DNA of 64,000 bases from the human T2T-CHM13v2.0 reference genome, Homo sapiens. Below are positions 14,728-36,289 of the stretch, one piece after another. The position numbers and the translations under genes are program-made. The notes below the pieces were generated by a model, which made no database searches, had not been told where the DNA came from, and saw nothing but the letters and a program-made list of their open reading frames with translations. Each line of letters starts with the position of its first letter. Position 1 is the first letter of the stretch. Where the stretch lies: assembly GCF_009914755.1 (NCBI RefSeq), contig NC_060925.1; one strand, given 5' to 3'.

Positions 14728-15789
14728 AGGTACAACTTATTTTATCCAGTATCATCGGAGCCTATTATTCCACCACCTTTAAAACAAAAACAGCCTAGCT
14801 TCATGGAAGTATCCTTCCCAACCACTGTGCTTGAAATGAGAAATTTCACTTGATTTGGCCATTTCTTGTCATGGCCAAGGTACTTGGAGGTATCGGGGAA
14901 GGTGGCTTCCCTGTGGCAATGTCTACCACAGTCTCTTTCACATTAGCAAGGGTTAAAAAGCAGTACTTCTTGGAAAATGTAGAAAGAGGCAATTAAGTGG
15001 CACAGCTATCCAATCTCTGCTCCCTCTGGCTTGCAAATGTTGCAGTAAGGCTTAATCAAACCTTTATTAAACAGTAGCTGACATTTAGCCCTTAGAGGGC
15101 AGAAACGTGCTGTGGTGTAAGACACAAAAGCATATTGTCCGTTCACAGCATGAAAACCGAGCAAGAAATCATGGGAGTAGAGTTTCCAAAGGACAGCTGC
15201 AAATCAAGACCCGTGGAAAAAAACTGAAGGGGATTAAGAAGGTTCTAAGAACCAAAAATTTAGAGCCAGACAGCTAGAAACAATTGATAGTTTTCTATTT
15301 CAGAGGTGAGAAAGTTGAGTTCACAGAGATTACATCTCTGTGTCTGTATCTGGCTCTTCTGATCTGAATATTCTGAGTGAAGATGGGAGTGGCAGGGAAC
15401 GTGACATTGTTAGAATAGGCTTCTTTCCAAACGGCTGCTATAACATCAGCTTCAACTTCTGGTTTCCTACCATTATTCTTGTTACCAGACCATGTAAACA
15501 AGTTCCATGTTGTTGGTTGTTGGACCAGAGTACTGACTTCATTTCCTAATATAAAAGGGAACTTTGTCCAAAATAAGGATCCAATAAAATGTTTCAATAC
15601 ATGGAGGGTAAAGTCAAGATGCTGTTTCCAGTCACCTGCCAGCTTCCTTAGGTTCTCAGGTTAGACTTCCAAGAAGCCAAGATAAATATTTCCCTGGAAA
15701 GTGACAAAAAGAATCTTAATGCTTCAAGAATTCAACTCCTAAGTTGTTGGTGACCAGCAGACTTCCAACTTCTCTCGATCTTGTTTATA

Positions 15790-16697
15790 TACTATAGAAT
15801 TTAATTGGCTTTAACACTATTGTATATAGCACATTTTGAGATGTGTATATATTGTAGGATGGCTGAATCATACTAACATGAATTACCTCACTTATTTCAT
15901 AAGAACCCAATCTGTAGTCACCATGGTGTACAAAAGATCCCCTGAACTTATTCCTGAGTTTGCAGCCTTTGAGCAACATCTTTCCATCTTACCCTCTGCA
16001 AACCACAAGTAACCAACCATTCTACTCTCTGCTTCTGTAAATTCAAGATTACATGTTTAAGTGAGATCATGTACTTTTCTATACCTGGTTTACTTTAACA
16101 TTTTCCTCTAAGTTCATGTCACAAATGACAAGATTTCCTTTAAGACTGAATAGTAGTTCATTGTATACATATACCACTTTCATCCATCTATTGATGGAAA
16201 CTTTGATTTAGTATCTCAGCTATTGTCAATAGTGCTAATAATGACTATGGGAGTGCAGATATCTCGTCAACCTACCAATTTCACTTCCTTTGGATACATA
16301 CACACTAGTGGAATTGCTGGCTCATGAGGGTAGTTCCATTTTTTGGAAGAACCTCCGTAACATTTTCTGTGATGGCTATACTAATTTACATTCCCATCTA
16401 CAGGGTTCAAGGGTTCCCTTTTCTCTATATCCTCACCAATACTTCTTTCCTTTTTGATAATAGCCATTCTGATGGGCAGGAGGTGAGCTCATTGGTTTTA
16501 ATTTGCATTTCCCTAATAAATGAGAATGTTTAGCATCACTAGTCTGTTGGCCATTTGTATATCCTTTGAGATGTCTACTCATGTCCTTTGCCCATTTTTA
16601 TTTGGGTTCCTTATTGAGTTACATTTTTGACATTAATCCCTTATTAGATATATGGCTTGCAGATGTTTCTCATTCCACAGCCTGTCTCTTCATTGAC
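15790..16697 (-). mobile_element. L1MA-type 3' end
   Basis: Antisense L1 3'UTR and ORF2-end motifs (gggagtgcagatatctc, ggaattgctgg, gtttaatttgcatttccct). Confidence 0.8.
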
Positions 16698-19269
16698 TTG
16701 GAAAGTCCCACCTTCTTGTGAGTCATACATGAACAGGAACACCCTGGCTAACACAGGGGAGGAGGGAATCTGACCTAATAGGATCTGTGGTTATAGACTC
16801 ACAAGTGTCAAACTAGAGAGGTAAGAGGAGACAGACATATGGCCCCCTTTCTGAGTTTCACAGACAAGCATGATGAGGAGCTGACATTAGGCTAATGGAA
16901 GAATTTGCTTCCAAAAATAGGTGCCTACCCTCAAGAAATTTAGGGTAGCTAGAACTGTTACACAGCTAGTATGTAGGCAAGACATGGCAGGGGAAGCTGA
17001 GGCTGACAGCTGTGCGGTGGAAAGCTACCCCGCCATATTAAAATAGGAGGCTATGTTGCCATATCACTTACATGTAGAACACTTTTCTGGAAGATCAGTT
17101 AGCAAGAGGCACGTAAGGAATAAAGTGATTTTTCTCTAGGAAAAAAGATACAGGGATGAATTACATTATCCTGGATTGATCAGAACGATTTAGTCAGGAG
17201 GGAAAGAACTATCGGTTTAACTAGAAATGAGAAACTAAAGTTAAACCCATTTGGAGGATAGTGAATAAGTTTGGGGTAACAGTCTTTCGTGAGTTACTTG
17301 ATAGAGGCTATTTAAAATTAGACAGATGCCTCCAAAAAGAGGTTTAATGGGGCCTCTGAGGGGAATAATCAAGTTTCTGGTTTAGCTATGAGACTATATT
17401 AAACTATAAGTTAATGGTTCTAACTGACTTTTCTCGAGTAGAAACTCAACTTCAAGCTAGATTTTGGCCAGAGACTATTCAGAGATGTTTTTGTCTTTCC
17501 TTGCAATATTTTCTCTGATCAGACTAACTTCTAATAGATTGTTTGAAAACCAGGAAAACTAAATCTGCAGAAATAGGTTCTGTAGAATTACTCTTATTCT
17601 GAAAAGAAGTTTCATGGTAAAATATGGGAAATAGGTTTTGCTCCCTTTGAAGGCATACCATGTTAATATAAACAGTCCCAGAAACCCTGCTAGAGAGAAT
17701 CTGGCAAGTCCTAGGTAGAGGCTTAAGTATCAGGGTTTTCTTTGGTTAACTGCAGTAGCCGTTGGTTAGTACAGGTATTACTACCCTCCTCTTAGAGGGG
17801 CGAGTGGCCTTTATGCCAGGTTCTGCTAAAGCTTTCCTCTTTTGGAAACTCCGATTCCTGACTTGTCAAGGTCAGTTGCTTGAGAGGACCCTATATACTC
17901 GCTTTGTTTTAGAGGGATAGGCTAAAAACTTATGCCCGTATCTATTTCCTCATAGAAAAAGATGAGACTTAGCAATTCCCTTCTCCCATTTACCCAACTT
18001 TGTTTCCTTGAATCATCTGACATTTGTCAGAGTTGCTGAGGAAGCCTTCCTGTTCATTGCTTTATTCCCAATGCCTACTATGCTGCTTATATAGCCAATA
18101 TACATTTTAATGGAGTAGATTTGAGTCATACAGCAACTAGCTAGAATAGCTCCCTGCCAGCAGCAGCTGTTGAGCACTTGAAGTTTGGTTAGTAGAATTT
18201 TAGTTTAAAACAGGTACTATTCAGCTATTGGAAAACAGTTGGGTATAAGTTTTCCCAACAATCTAATATCTAGAAGTACATCGTATTTCCAATTAATGTT
18301 TAACATTCAAAATTTGTTATAAGTATATTCAAGAGATTGAATAGGAAAGCAAAACCTTGAATATGATATTCAGTAGTAGGTTAAGTTTCATCTGATTGCC
18401 AAGTAAGTTACATGTATACTTGAGTTGCTTAACCTAGACACCAAAACACTACCCCACTGCAGTCAGAGACTATTCTTCTCTAAATGTCTGACTTCATTAC
18501 AGGTCAACAGACAGACCTTTGCATGTAGCATAGCCATTATCTCCCCAAGCCATTATCTTTTCATAAGCCTGAGACAACCCTTTGTCAAGCTGCACCTGTG
18601 CCTACCGCTGGCAACTAGTCTTTCTGAGGAACTGAGTTTCAGTACCATGGGGAGTTAAGGGTGCAAGTTAGTGTTAAAACTTGAACTGGAATCTATCTTT
18701 TGTTGCTCAAGTGACCCTGGGCAAGTTATTTGATTTGTATCTTTCCCAGATTCTAGACGCTGGGGATGAATGAATACTATGTGATATTTTCATGAGGCTC
18801 AAGTATGTTAACATCAAGCTTCTAGGATAGTTTGTTGCGTGAAACACACGTATCCCTGTAAGGTCAGGGTTTACATCCTGCTTAGCAATTTGAAGTAGGG
18901 TTGGCTTGACTACAAAGCAGCTGTTCAGGAGTGTAACACCTTTACCTTGCTGAAAGGTCAATTTAGCAGTTATTCCCTGAAAAATAAGTAGGTGAAGTTG
19001 ATAGAACCAGGATTAGTTTCAGAATTTCAGTGAGAATAGGAAGTACCCCAGAGTATGGCTGAGCAGCAGCATCAGTTATAAGAAAGTTCCTTAAACAGGA
19101 TGTTTGCCTTGAGAAGTCAGTGATGGTATCCCCACCCACCCCCTTTAAAAAAAAAAAAGTCTTAGTTCTTAAGACTAGGAAACTACTTGTCAGTTCTGGC
19201 TCAAAACTAAGTCTCTGATGATCAAGCCACCTCCAGTTGGAGGATCTATGATCAGATACCTTTAGTCAC

Positions 19270-19490
19270 TGTTCTAGACATTGGTTTAAGTCTGGTGCTC
19301 AGACCAGGGAAGATCAGCATCATCTAGGAAATGGCTGGAAATGTGAGTTTAAACCTTTGTCCACACCTACTGAATCAAACTCTGAGAATGGGACCAGGCC
19401 TACTGAATTCAAACCGAGAATGGGAACAGTCATCTGTTTCTACCAGCCCTCCCATGATCCTGAGGCACACTCAAGTTTGAGAACCAGTGA
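19270..19490. mobile_element. MER5A-like hAT element
   Basis: cagcatcatctaggaaat...ctactgaatca...ctcaagtttgagaaccagtg. Confidence 0.65.
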
Positions 19491-19732
19491 TCTAGATTCA
19501 TAATTAGTTCTACCCTAGTTTCCTTGATCTTATGGAAAAATTTTATTCCACGTTCTCTGACCTAAGACCTCTACTAAGTCTGAAATTTTTGTATCAGTTT
19601 CTATTCTATTCTCAGTTGAGTTATACTACCAAGCTTAAGAGATAAAGTGATGTGAACAGATGAACTAGTCTGAAATTAACCTTTTACCTTTCAAATGAGA
19701 AGCTCAGCACAGGCTGGGAATACACTCTGGTT

Positions 19733-27865
<8,133 letters not shown>

Positions 27866-27944
27866 AATGCTACCAGGAGTTCCTGCCGGCTGCAGACTCT
27901 CCGCCTCCTCTCCCAAGAGCCGAGGGTCTGCCTGCCCAGATTCC

Positions 27945-27952
27945 TTTATATA
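27945..27952 (-). promoter_or_regulatory. ZP4 TATA box
   Basis: TATATAAA on minus strand, ~80 nt upstream of the ATG. Confidence 0.75.
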
Positions 27953-27971
27953 CAGAAGTCAGGCTTGTTTT

Positions 27972-28062
27972 CAGCTGCACATCTTTGTGACACTCAGGTG
28001 GGATGCCTTCAGAAAGGGGAATTCCTCTAGCCTCATTTGCTTTGGGGCACAGTCTGCAGCTG
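27972..28062. promoter_or_regulatory. Two CAGCTG E-boxes (27972-27977, 28057-28062); candidate FIGLA/E12 sites
   Basis: Motifs seen directly; ZP promoters are known to use a proximal E-box bound by FIGLA. Which one is functional is not determinable from sequence. Confidence 0.5.
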
Positions 28063-28249
28063 CCTCACATTAAATACCACAATCCAGGCAGACTTCAGAG
28101 CCCAAGAAAAATGTAGTAACTTTTAGCTAACAGAAAGGAAGGAAAGAAAGCTTCCTCAGGGTTGCTCAACATAGCATTTGTCCCACCAGTTTATTGAACT
28201 TATTGACTTCAGAAGACCTCCCTCTAGAATTTTGCACATTTGGGTGTGA

Positions 28250-28430
28250 AACTACCATCTATGAACTATGGGGTCTGGGTACGTTACAAACTCTCTGAAT
28301 CTTGGTTTTCTCATCTGTAAAATGGGAATGCTATCTCCTGGCAGTGGTGTGCTTGAGGATTAAGCAAGAGATTCTATGTCAGGTGCCTGGCACAGTGCTT
28401 GGCCAAGCAGTGAGTGCTCAGTCAACATTG
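28250..28430. mobile_element. MIR (similar MIR cores near 3570-3760, 24950-25090, 30230-30450, 58810-59060)
   Basis: Core motif ttttctcatctgtaaaatggga...gaggattaag...gtgcctggcacag. Confidence 0.7.
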
Positions 28431-29653
28431 TCGGGTGAGAGTTGGGGCCCTTGAGAAGCCTTGTCACCTTCTCCATCCATTCTAGAAAAGTTTCTGTACG
28501 ATTAGAGCCTGTCTTGAAATTCTAGAAAAAAATCTAAACTTATTTCCTGAGAAAGGTTGATTTTGAACCCTTTCCTGGTCCTTAGAGGGAATCCTACCAC
28601 AGCAATCTTTCAACAAATTCCAAAGTGGTTCATTGCCATAACTGTCCTACAGTGTTTCCCCACAGGATCTGGGGGAAATGTGGATTAGGCCATGAATTCC
28701 TCAAACTGGTTCTGCCTCTTACAGCTATTTGACAATTTTATCTTTCGGCTGTGTTTCAGGCATATTTCATAAAGATGTCAGGGTTTCTTGCTTGCTTTCT
28801 ACATTTTTGTTTTCCACATAAACTACAAGTTATATACTTTGGTCACTCTTTAAGCTAGAGTGTCAGACCAGATTGTAGAGAAATTCTAAGAGATTTGGGG
28901 ATAAATGGATACATTCCCCACTGGAGAGGCAAGAGCATGGAAACTTGTCTTCTGCAGTCTGCCACCAATATTCCCAAATTGTACCCTGATTGTATTTAGA
29001 CTGATATTTTTCGGTTGACTAAAAATTGTAGTCAAAGCACTGAGAATGTGTAACTAGGTATCTCTAGTTCTCTTCAACTCATCACAGAGGACAAATAAGT
29101 ATGTGTCTTCCTGGGAAAATTGGTGGCCCTTTTAACCACATGATGAAAAATGACATTGAAGGAAAGCTGGACTCTGCCCTCAAAGACAGATGTGGCTTCC
29201 CTGACACCGTCTACCTGGATTAGGTGCTCACCACTGGGTTATTACATGCCATTTACTCACAGGATTTGCCAGGTTGGATTGTAATGACCTCTTTCTTATT
29301 CAGTTTGCCACTAGAAGCACGTGAGGCCAGGGACTTTTTTATTTGTCACTGCATCCTGCGTGCCTTGGATGTATGTACTCAGTGTTCTCTGAGTAAAGAC
29401 TGAATCAATGAATATGCTTTCATTAGTGGCCATGTCCTAGGGCTAACCCCCTTGAAAATGTAGTTTCCAAACCTCACCGGTACAAATTCATTTCCTTTAT
29501 GATGAGCTCAAACTCATAACCCTTAGGTATTTTTCCTTCAAGTAAATATCATGTGATTGCACATGTAAGAAAGAATCTGAGGATTTGACTCATGCAAGAT
29601 GTCTCAGGAGTTAAAAGGCCAGTCTCCTGACTAGACTTACTAATATTGCTTTA

Positions 29654-30176
29654 TGCTGAGACCAGCTCAGTCGGGGAGACCCTAACCCAGGGATGCTAGA
29701 GGAATAAAGACACACACACACACACAAATATAGAGGTGTAGAGTGGGAAATCAGGGGTCTCACAGCCTTCAGAGCTGAGAGCCTCGAACAGAGATTTACC
29801 CACATATTTACTGACAGCAAGCCAGTGATAAGCATTGTTTCTATAGATTATAGATTAACTAAAAGTCTTCCTTATGGGAAACAAAGGGATGGGCTGAAAT
29901 AAAGGGATGAGCTCTGGCTAGTTATCTGCAGCAGGAGCATGTCCTTAAGGCACAGATCACTCATGCTATTTGTGGTTTAAGAACACTTTTAAGCGGTTTT
30001 CCATCCTGGGTGGGTCTGGGGTTCCTTGCCCTTATTCCGGTAGACCCATAACCTTGCAGCGTGGGCATCATGGCCATCACGACCATCACGAACATGTCAC
30101 AGTGCTGCAGAGATTTTGTTTATGGCCAGTTTTGGGGCCAGCTTATGGCCAGATTTTGGGGGGCCTGTTCCCAACA
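29654..30176 (-). mobile_element. MER9 (HML-3) solo LTR
   Basis: tgctgagaccagctc...gttcccaaca; perfect 6-bp TSD GCTTTA at 29648-29653 and 30177-30182. Confidence 0.9.
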
Positions 30177-31950
30177 GCTTTATAAAGTGGTGAAAAGTCA
30201 AGGAGCGTAACTTCCTTTGCTCATACTTGGAGGCAATATAGTATAGTATATCATGTGAGTTTTGACAATGGGTGGACTTGGGTACAAATTCTGACTGTTA
30301 CTCTGCAACCTCTGTCAATGTATTAACCTCTTTCTCTCAGTTACAGTTTTTATATCTGTAAAATAGGGATAATAACATGGACAGTATTATTACAACAGAC
30401 GGTTAGATGAAATAATGTATGTACAATGCTTGTTGCATAATTGCTACATTGTCACTAACATCAACAGGACCAGCCTGGGAGATAAAGGTGAGATGGGTGG
30501 CAAATGGAAAGCAAATGCCAAGCAGTGCACTCATTGGATCTGCAGGGAGTCTGAGGAACAGCCTATACTCATGAGGCTGCATTCCCAAATGAGGTCCTGT
30601 GTTTACATAATGAAGTTGAAAAATCACACAAGCCTGGAACTATGTGGAGCTATCTTGAAGTCCACCTAGGATCACACCCATCTCTCTGATGCTGCAGAGG
30701 GTCAAAGATGGATGCCAAGATAATGCAGGCAGGTCTGGGGTTAGGTAATGTTATGCTCATTCCTCTGCTGAATCTTCCAAGAACATCATCATTTAATTTC
30801 GGGATGAGAAAATGCACTGATAATGTGTGATCCACCTCGAGGAGCCCCAGGCTTAACAGAAAAAACATCCTATCCACTATTATCACAACATGAATGCTCT
30901 GTCCTTTGAATGTGAAAGGGCAAATGCTGTTCTTTGTCTTATGTCAGAATCACCCAGTCATTTAAAAATTGTTTCAGAGCCATTACGAACAGATTATGAG
31001 GCATCCTAATGTGTACAGACTTATCAAAAGCCCCATAGTCATGGTAGTATTCATGCAACCCACATTTTATAGGCGGGCTTAAGGATTCCCCTTGTGTTCC
31101 TTACCAAAGTACTTGGGAGTCCTGCACTGAAGCTAAGCTGCCCATTCCTCATTCACTGAAGCTGCCCATTCCTCATTCAGTGATCTGGCCACTCAGGTCA
31201 TGAGGGCAACCTGTGTGATTGGGGAAAGGCAAACGGTGATTTCCAAAAACCTTCTTCAATCTGGTCATATTTACATTTGAGTGTTTCATTTTAAACTGCA
31301 GAATAGGGACATCACCCCACAAGGTTTGGATAGCATGGAGCTGTAGTACAATGCTTTCTGGCCATTGAGTACAGACTCCTCATCTGACATTAACAGTGAT
31401 TGCCCCGCTGTGACTGGAGCAGGGTCCTCCTAACTGGAGAGTGAAGTACCACTCAAACAAGGCCCCAGGAAGCCCACTTCAAGTGTGGAGAAGCAATAAT
31501 CAAAATTATCCCTCAAATATGGAGGGATGATTAGACCATTGTTGTGTTAATCAGTAATTAGGGAGCAAGGATGGTGCATCCAGCTGCTCTCTGCATGTGG
31601 TGGAAATTAGGACACTTCTCTTCTGAAGGAAGATGTCAAACTTAATTTACTGTAAGTACTTACATGGTTTTCCTTTTCAACAAGCAAGAATGAAGTGTAA
31701 TTCAGAGTCAGTTGCGATGGCTTCCATTACTGGGTCTCTTGTTTCAACGCCTCTTTTGTGTCCAAGGTACAAGACCTGTCTCTGAAGTGTCTCCTGTGCT
31801 GACTGCACAGCACCTGCTCTGTTCTGATGTCTCTCCCCTCCCTGCTCCACACCTTCCTTTGCCATGATGGGTGGAAAATTATCATTCCCTTTCACAGGCA
31901 GGAGGATACCCTACTGAATGGGTAGTCGGACTTTGAGAGGGATGTCAGTA

Positions 31951-33105
31951 TGGTTGACCCTTGAACAATGTGGGGGCTAGGGGTGCCAACCCCGCATGCA
32001 GCCAAAAATCCATGTAGAGTTTTTTGGTCCCCCTCAAATGTAACTAATGTAATTGCCTGATGGGTTTGTCTTACTTGCTGCACAGGCAAGATCAATTCAC
32101 TGAGACCCTGACATTCTGATGAGGAAAGAATATCATTGATGTGAGGCCAGCCACATGGGAGACAGTTATGACTCAAATCAGTCTCTGAAGGCTTGGAGGT
32201 TAGGGGGTCTTCAAGCATAGTTTGGTGGGCAGGGGACTAAGGAACAGCTGCTGTTGATTCATTGGAATGCACTCTTAAGGGTATGGAAAATGGTCCTTGT
32301 GCACTGTGTTCACTTCTGGATCACGGGGCCACGGGACCAGTTGGGTCATGAGTCACAGGTCTGCCTTTGGGTGGGGGTCAGTCAGTTGCCAGAATGCAAA
32401 AGCCTGAAAAATACCCCAACATATCAATCTTAGGTTCTACAATAGTGATGTTATCTATGGGAGTAATTGGGAAAAGTTACACGTCTCCTGACCCACAAAA
32501 CAATGCCTGGTTATCTGTAAGTACACCTAGATCTTAGCAGAATTCCAGCACCTCTCATCCTAACCTTGTAGACTTTCATTAGTCTTACAAAGGTGGTTTA
32601 GTTTTGGGAAAGGCTATTATGAACCCTGCTTTAAGGTTACATTATAAACTAAATCTCTCCCAAAGTTAGCTTGGCTTACTCTCAGGAATGACCAACAACA
32701 GCTTGGAGGTTAGATGCAAGATAGAGTTAATTATGTCAGACTTCTCTTACTTCATAATTTTGCAAAAGTAGTTTCACTAATAGCCTATTGTTGATCAGAA
32801 GCCTTACCAATAACATAAACAGTTGATGAACACATATTCTGTATATGTATTATATTATATACTGTACTCTTATAATAGAGTAAGCTAGATAAAAAAATGT
32901 TATTAAGAAATCATAAGGAAGAGAAAATGTTTCCTATTCATTAAGTGGAAGTGGATCACCATAAAGGTTTTCATCTTTGTCATCTTCACATTGAGTAGGA
33001 AGAGGAGGGGTTGGTCTTGCTGTCTCAGGGGTGGCAGAGGTGGAAGACAACCTATGTATAAGTGGACTCATGTGGTTGAAACCCATATTGTTCAAGGGTC
33101 AACCA
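31951..33105 (-). mobile_element. Tigger2a/MER28-type DNA transposon, split by an LTR
   Basis: Terminal inverted repeats tggttgacccttgaacaa / ttgttcaagggtcaacca with TA TSDs. Confidence 0.85.
32048..32776 (-). mobile_element. ERV1 solo LTR (LTR8-like) nested in the Tigger element
   Basis: TG...CA ends, 4-bp TSD CTAA on both sides. Confidence 0.8.
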
Positions 33106-34122
33106 TATGTTGATATTCCTATTTCTGAAAGTGAAAGAAGAGATTAAGAAAGAGGTAGGAGACTAAGTTGCTAAAGAAAGAAAAAGAGTTAAAATTTAAA
33201 ACTTTTGCACTGGAAGTCCTGACTTCAACACAATGATATATATCAATGTAGCAAAATTGCACTTATACCCCATGAATATATGCAAATAAAAAATAAAAAT
33301 TAGAAAATATAAAATTAAGGACTTTTGGGTGGGGAATTACAGATAAGGTTAGTGAAAATTTTCTGGCCCAGACAGACTGCCTCTGTTGAAGTTCATGCCC
33401 TTCCTCCACCTTTAATTATGCCATCTGCTTAAGTTTGGATCATGTTCTCCCCTCTCTAGACCATGCAGTTGACATGTTGTCTTTACAGGTGACAGTAAGT
33501 TTTGAGCACCACAGACCAGTAGGGTCTCCTCCAACATCCCATATCTATCAAAGTATGTAATTGTCATGGGTTCTAATTCTAACTTTTAAAATACTAACAG
33601 AAGGGAAAAAACCCTGACTCTAGTGATTTCAGGTAGTGTGTCTTACTTAGACTTTCTGTAGACAAGGTATTTATAGTGGCTTCTGCCCACTTATTAATTA
33701 TTTGTGCAAGCCTGTGGGAAATTACTCCTCCACTCAAGAGCAAGACAAAGTGGGCAGAAGGAACAAAGTTTATGGCCAGATTGACTGACAGCTGGGCAGG
33801 CCCGAGATTGACAGTTGCCACTGCACCACTGATTGGCTTTTCATTTGAATGTGGGTGGTAACAGCTAATTTTATACTGTCATCCAAAGAACAAGAGAACC
33901 CCTAGGAAACATATCCTCTTTAGCATTACCCAAAAAATTACAAAACAAATCTTTCCATGCAATTGTGGTTGAGAATGAGGGCTATTACTCTGATTTCAAA
34001 GGCTAATTAAGAGGACAGCAGGCAACGTGTGGATATACCATTTAAAATGACAAATGCCAAGATGTGTGTGGTATGTGTGGGTGTGTGCCTGTGTGTATGT
34101 AAAGAATTTGAAATTGCCTTCT

Positions 34123-34620
34123 GCAATAGTTTACTGGGGCTGCCCTAACAAAGTACTGCTGACTGGGTGACTCAGAACAACAGAAGTTTGTTCTCTCAAA
34201 GTGCTAGAGGCCAGAAGTTCGAGACCAAGCTGTCAGTGGGGCCATGAAACCTATAGGGAAGAACTTCTTTGTATCTTTATCTTCTGGTGATTGCCAGAAA
34301 CCCTTGATATTTTTTGGCTTGTAGGTGCATCCCACTGATCCTGGGCTGTACACACCAGTGTACTCCCTGTGCTGTACACATCAGTGTACTCCCTGTGCCT
34401 TCACAGTCTTCCCTTTGTGTATATATCTCTCTCTCTGTGTCCAAATTTCCTCTTTTATGTGGACACCAGCAGTACTGGATTAAGGCCTACCTGAATGACC
34501 TCATTTTAACTGGATTACCTCCATAAAGACTCTATTTCCAAATAAGCCTACATTCTGAGGGACTAGAGGGTTAGGACTTCATAATATTTTTGTTGGGGGA
34601 GATATAATTCCACCTATAAT
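34123..34620 (-). mobile_element. MLT1B/C-type MaLR LTR
   Basis: ggggctgccctaacaaagtact ... ggttaggacttcataatatttttgttggggga. Confidence 0.75.
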
Positions 34621-35052
34621 GCCTTGTAAGCTGTTTTGAAATTGCACCAGCCAAGTTAATCTTTGTTTGGGGTAGACTTTTTTTTTAATGATGAAATGAA
34701 AACAGTGTGCCTTTCCCTGTTAAAATTCCTTTTGAAAATTCCCAATCTAGCCTTGACTAAACTAAAGGGATTTTGTCATTCTTTTTCATTTAGAGGGAAG
34801 GGATCAGTTATGCACCCAATGGCTGAATTGGTTGGTACTAATGGCTGTTTCAGTTTAGAGAGTGGGCAGACCTGGTGAGGTGGGGTAGTTCAAAAGCAGA
34901 AAATTGAGGAGGAAAGGTGCAGGTCACACGACAGCTATTCTTACTTTGGCCATTGCTTTATGCCTGATAACTATTCTAGCACAATTGCTCTCAGCTAACT
35001 GGAGTTGACTGGGTAATTAATTCACGAAGGTTTTGAGTCTGATGATATCTTA

Positions 35053-35332
35053 TATCGTCATACCTTGTATCTGTGAGGCATTGGTTCCAGAACCCCTGAG
35101 GATCTCAAAATCTGTGCACACCCAAATCTGGCAGACAGCCCTGCAGAACCTGCATATAGGTAAAGTTAACCCTCATCCGTGGGTTTCATATCCCATGAAT
35201 ACTGTATTTTCCATCCACATTTGCTTGCAGATGTGGAACCCATGGATACAGATGACCAACTGTATCTGTTGAAAAACGTCTGTGTAGAAATGGACCCACA
35301 AGGTTCAGCCCATGTCGTTCAAGGATCAGCTG
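35053..35332. mobile_element. TcMar-Tigger MITE (MER2/MER8-like)
   Basis: ttggttccagaacccct...aaaatctgtg and terminal gttcaaggatcagctgta. Confidence 0.65.
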
Positions 35333-35489
35333 TACAGTGTGCTCCTTCTATGTGACCCTAACTTGATCGTAACCAGGATATTGCTTTGCTTTTCTACCCA
35401 CGTGCCTTTAGTACATGGTTCTCTCTTCCTGGAATGCCCACAGCCTCATCTGTATTTGCCCAATTCCTAACTTTCCCTTGAAGCAGAGG

Positions 35490-35662
35490 TTCTGGAAATT
35501 TTGTTCTTAGATCAGCAGGAGCAGAATGGCCTGGGGACTTGTTAGAAATGCATATTTGTGGGTCTCACTCCACATTTCCTGAATCAGAAACTCCAGCCTT
35601 GGGAGCAGCATTAAGTAGCCTTCCAGGTGATTCTGATCCACTCAAGCAAGAAGACCACTGCC
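35490..35662. mobile_element. MER5A-like hAT element
   Basis: ggggacttgttagaaatgca...ctgaatcagaaactc...ccaggtgattctga. Confidence 0.7.
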
Positions 35663-36289
35663 TGGGGCTAGAGCTTTCCAGGTTCTCTTCATGAAGCACA
35701 CTGCCTAATCCCCCAGCTGGAGGTCATTCCTTCTTCATTTGGTTTTCTTGTGCTCTCTATCAGTACTCCTTTTAGGGAGTGACTACTTAGTATTCTTCTT
35801 TCCCTTCCTGGATTATACGAAGTTTGAAGGTCAGTCATACTCACCTTTGTCTTCTCCACATTGCTTACCTCTTATGCTCAGACAGTACTTGTTAGATGAG
35901 TGAACTCTTGATTATTTAAGTGGCCTGCATCTATGCTTTATAGGGGAGCTGGTTTTGCAAGGCCTAATTCATTTTCTGCCACCCATCTGTGTTTTTGAGC
36001 TTACCTCAGCATATGAGTGAGACTTCCTGTAAGATCCAGTCTGCTCTGCTTAGCATGGCAACCCCAGTCCTCTCCGGTTATCCAGCATGGCCTCTTTTCT
36101 CCCAGTGGCTGGTCAAGCAGAAGCCTCTGCAGTTTCTTAAACCCACCCTGATCCCTTCCTTCCCCCTGCTGTGGTCTGTGGATTTTCTTTTCTGAAATAC
36201 TCTCTTACCCTTTGTTTATGTGTGTGTGCCTGCTTACTCTATATTATTTTTATATTTTTTACTCTATTTTTTATTTTTACGCTATTTCT

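Noticed and set aside
27866-27916. N-terminal extension MGEEAESLQ... of ZP4 in the ORF track
   Set aside because: Starts at a non-ATG codon; the ATG at 27865 gives the signal peptide and a 540-aa protein.
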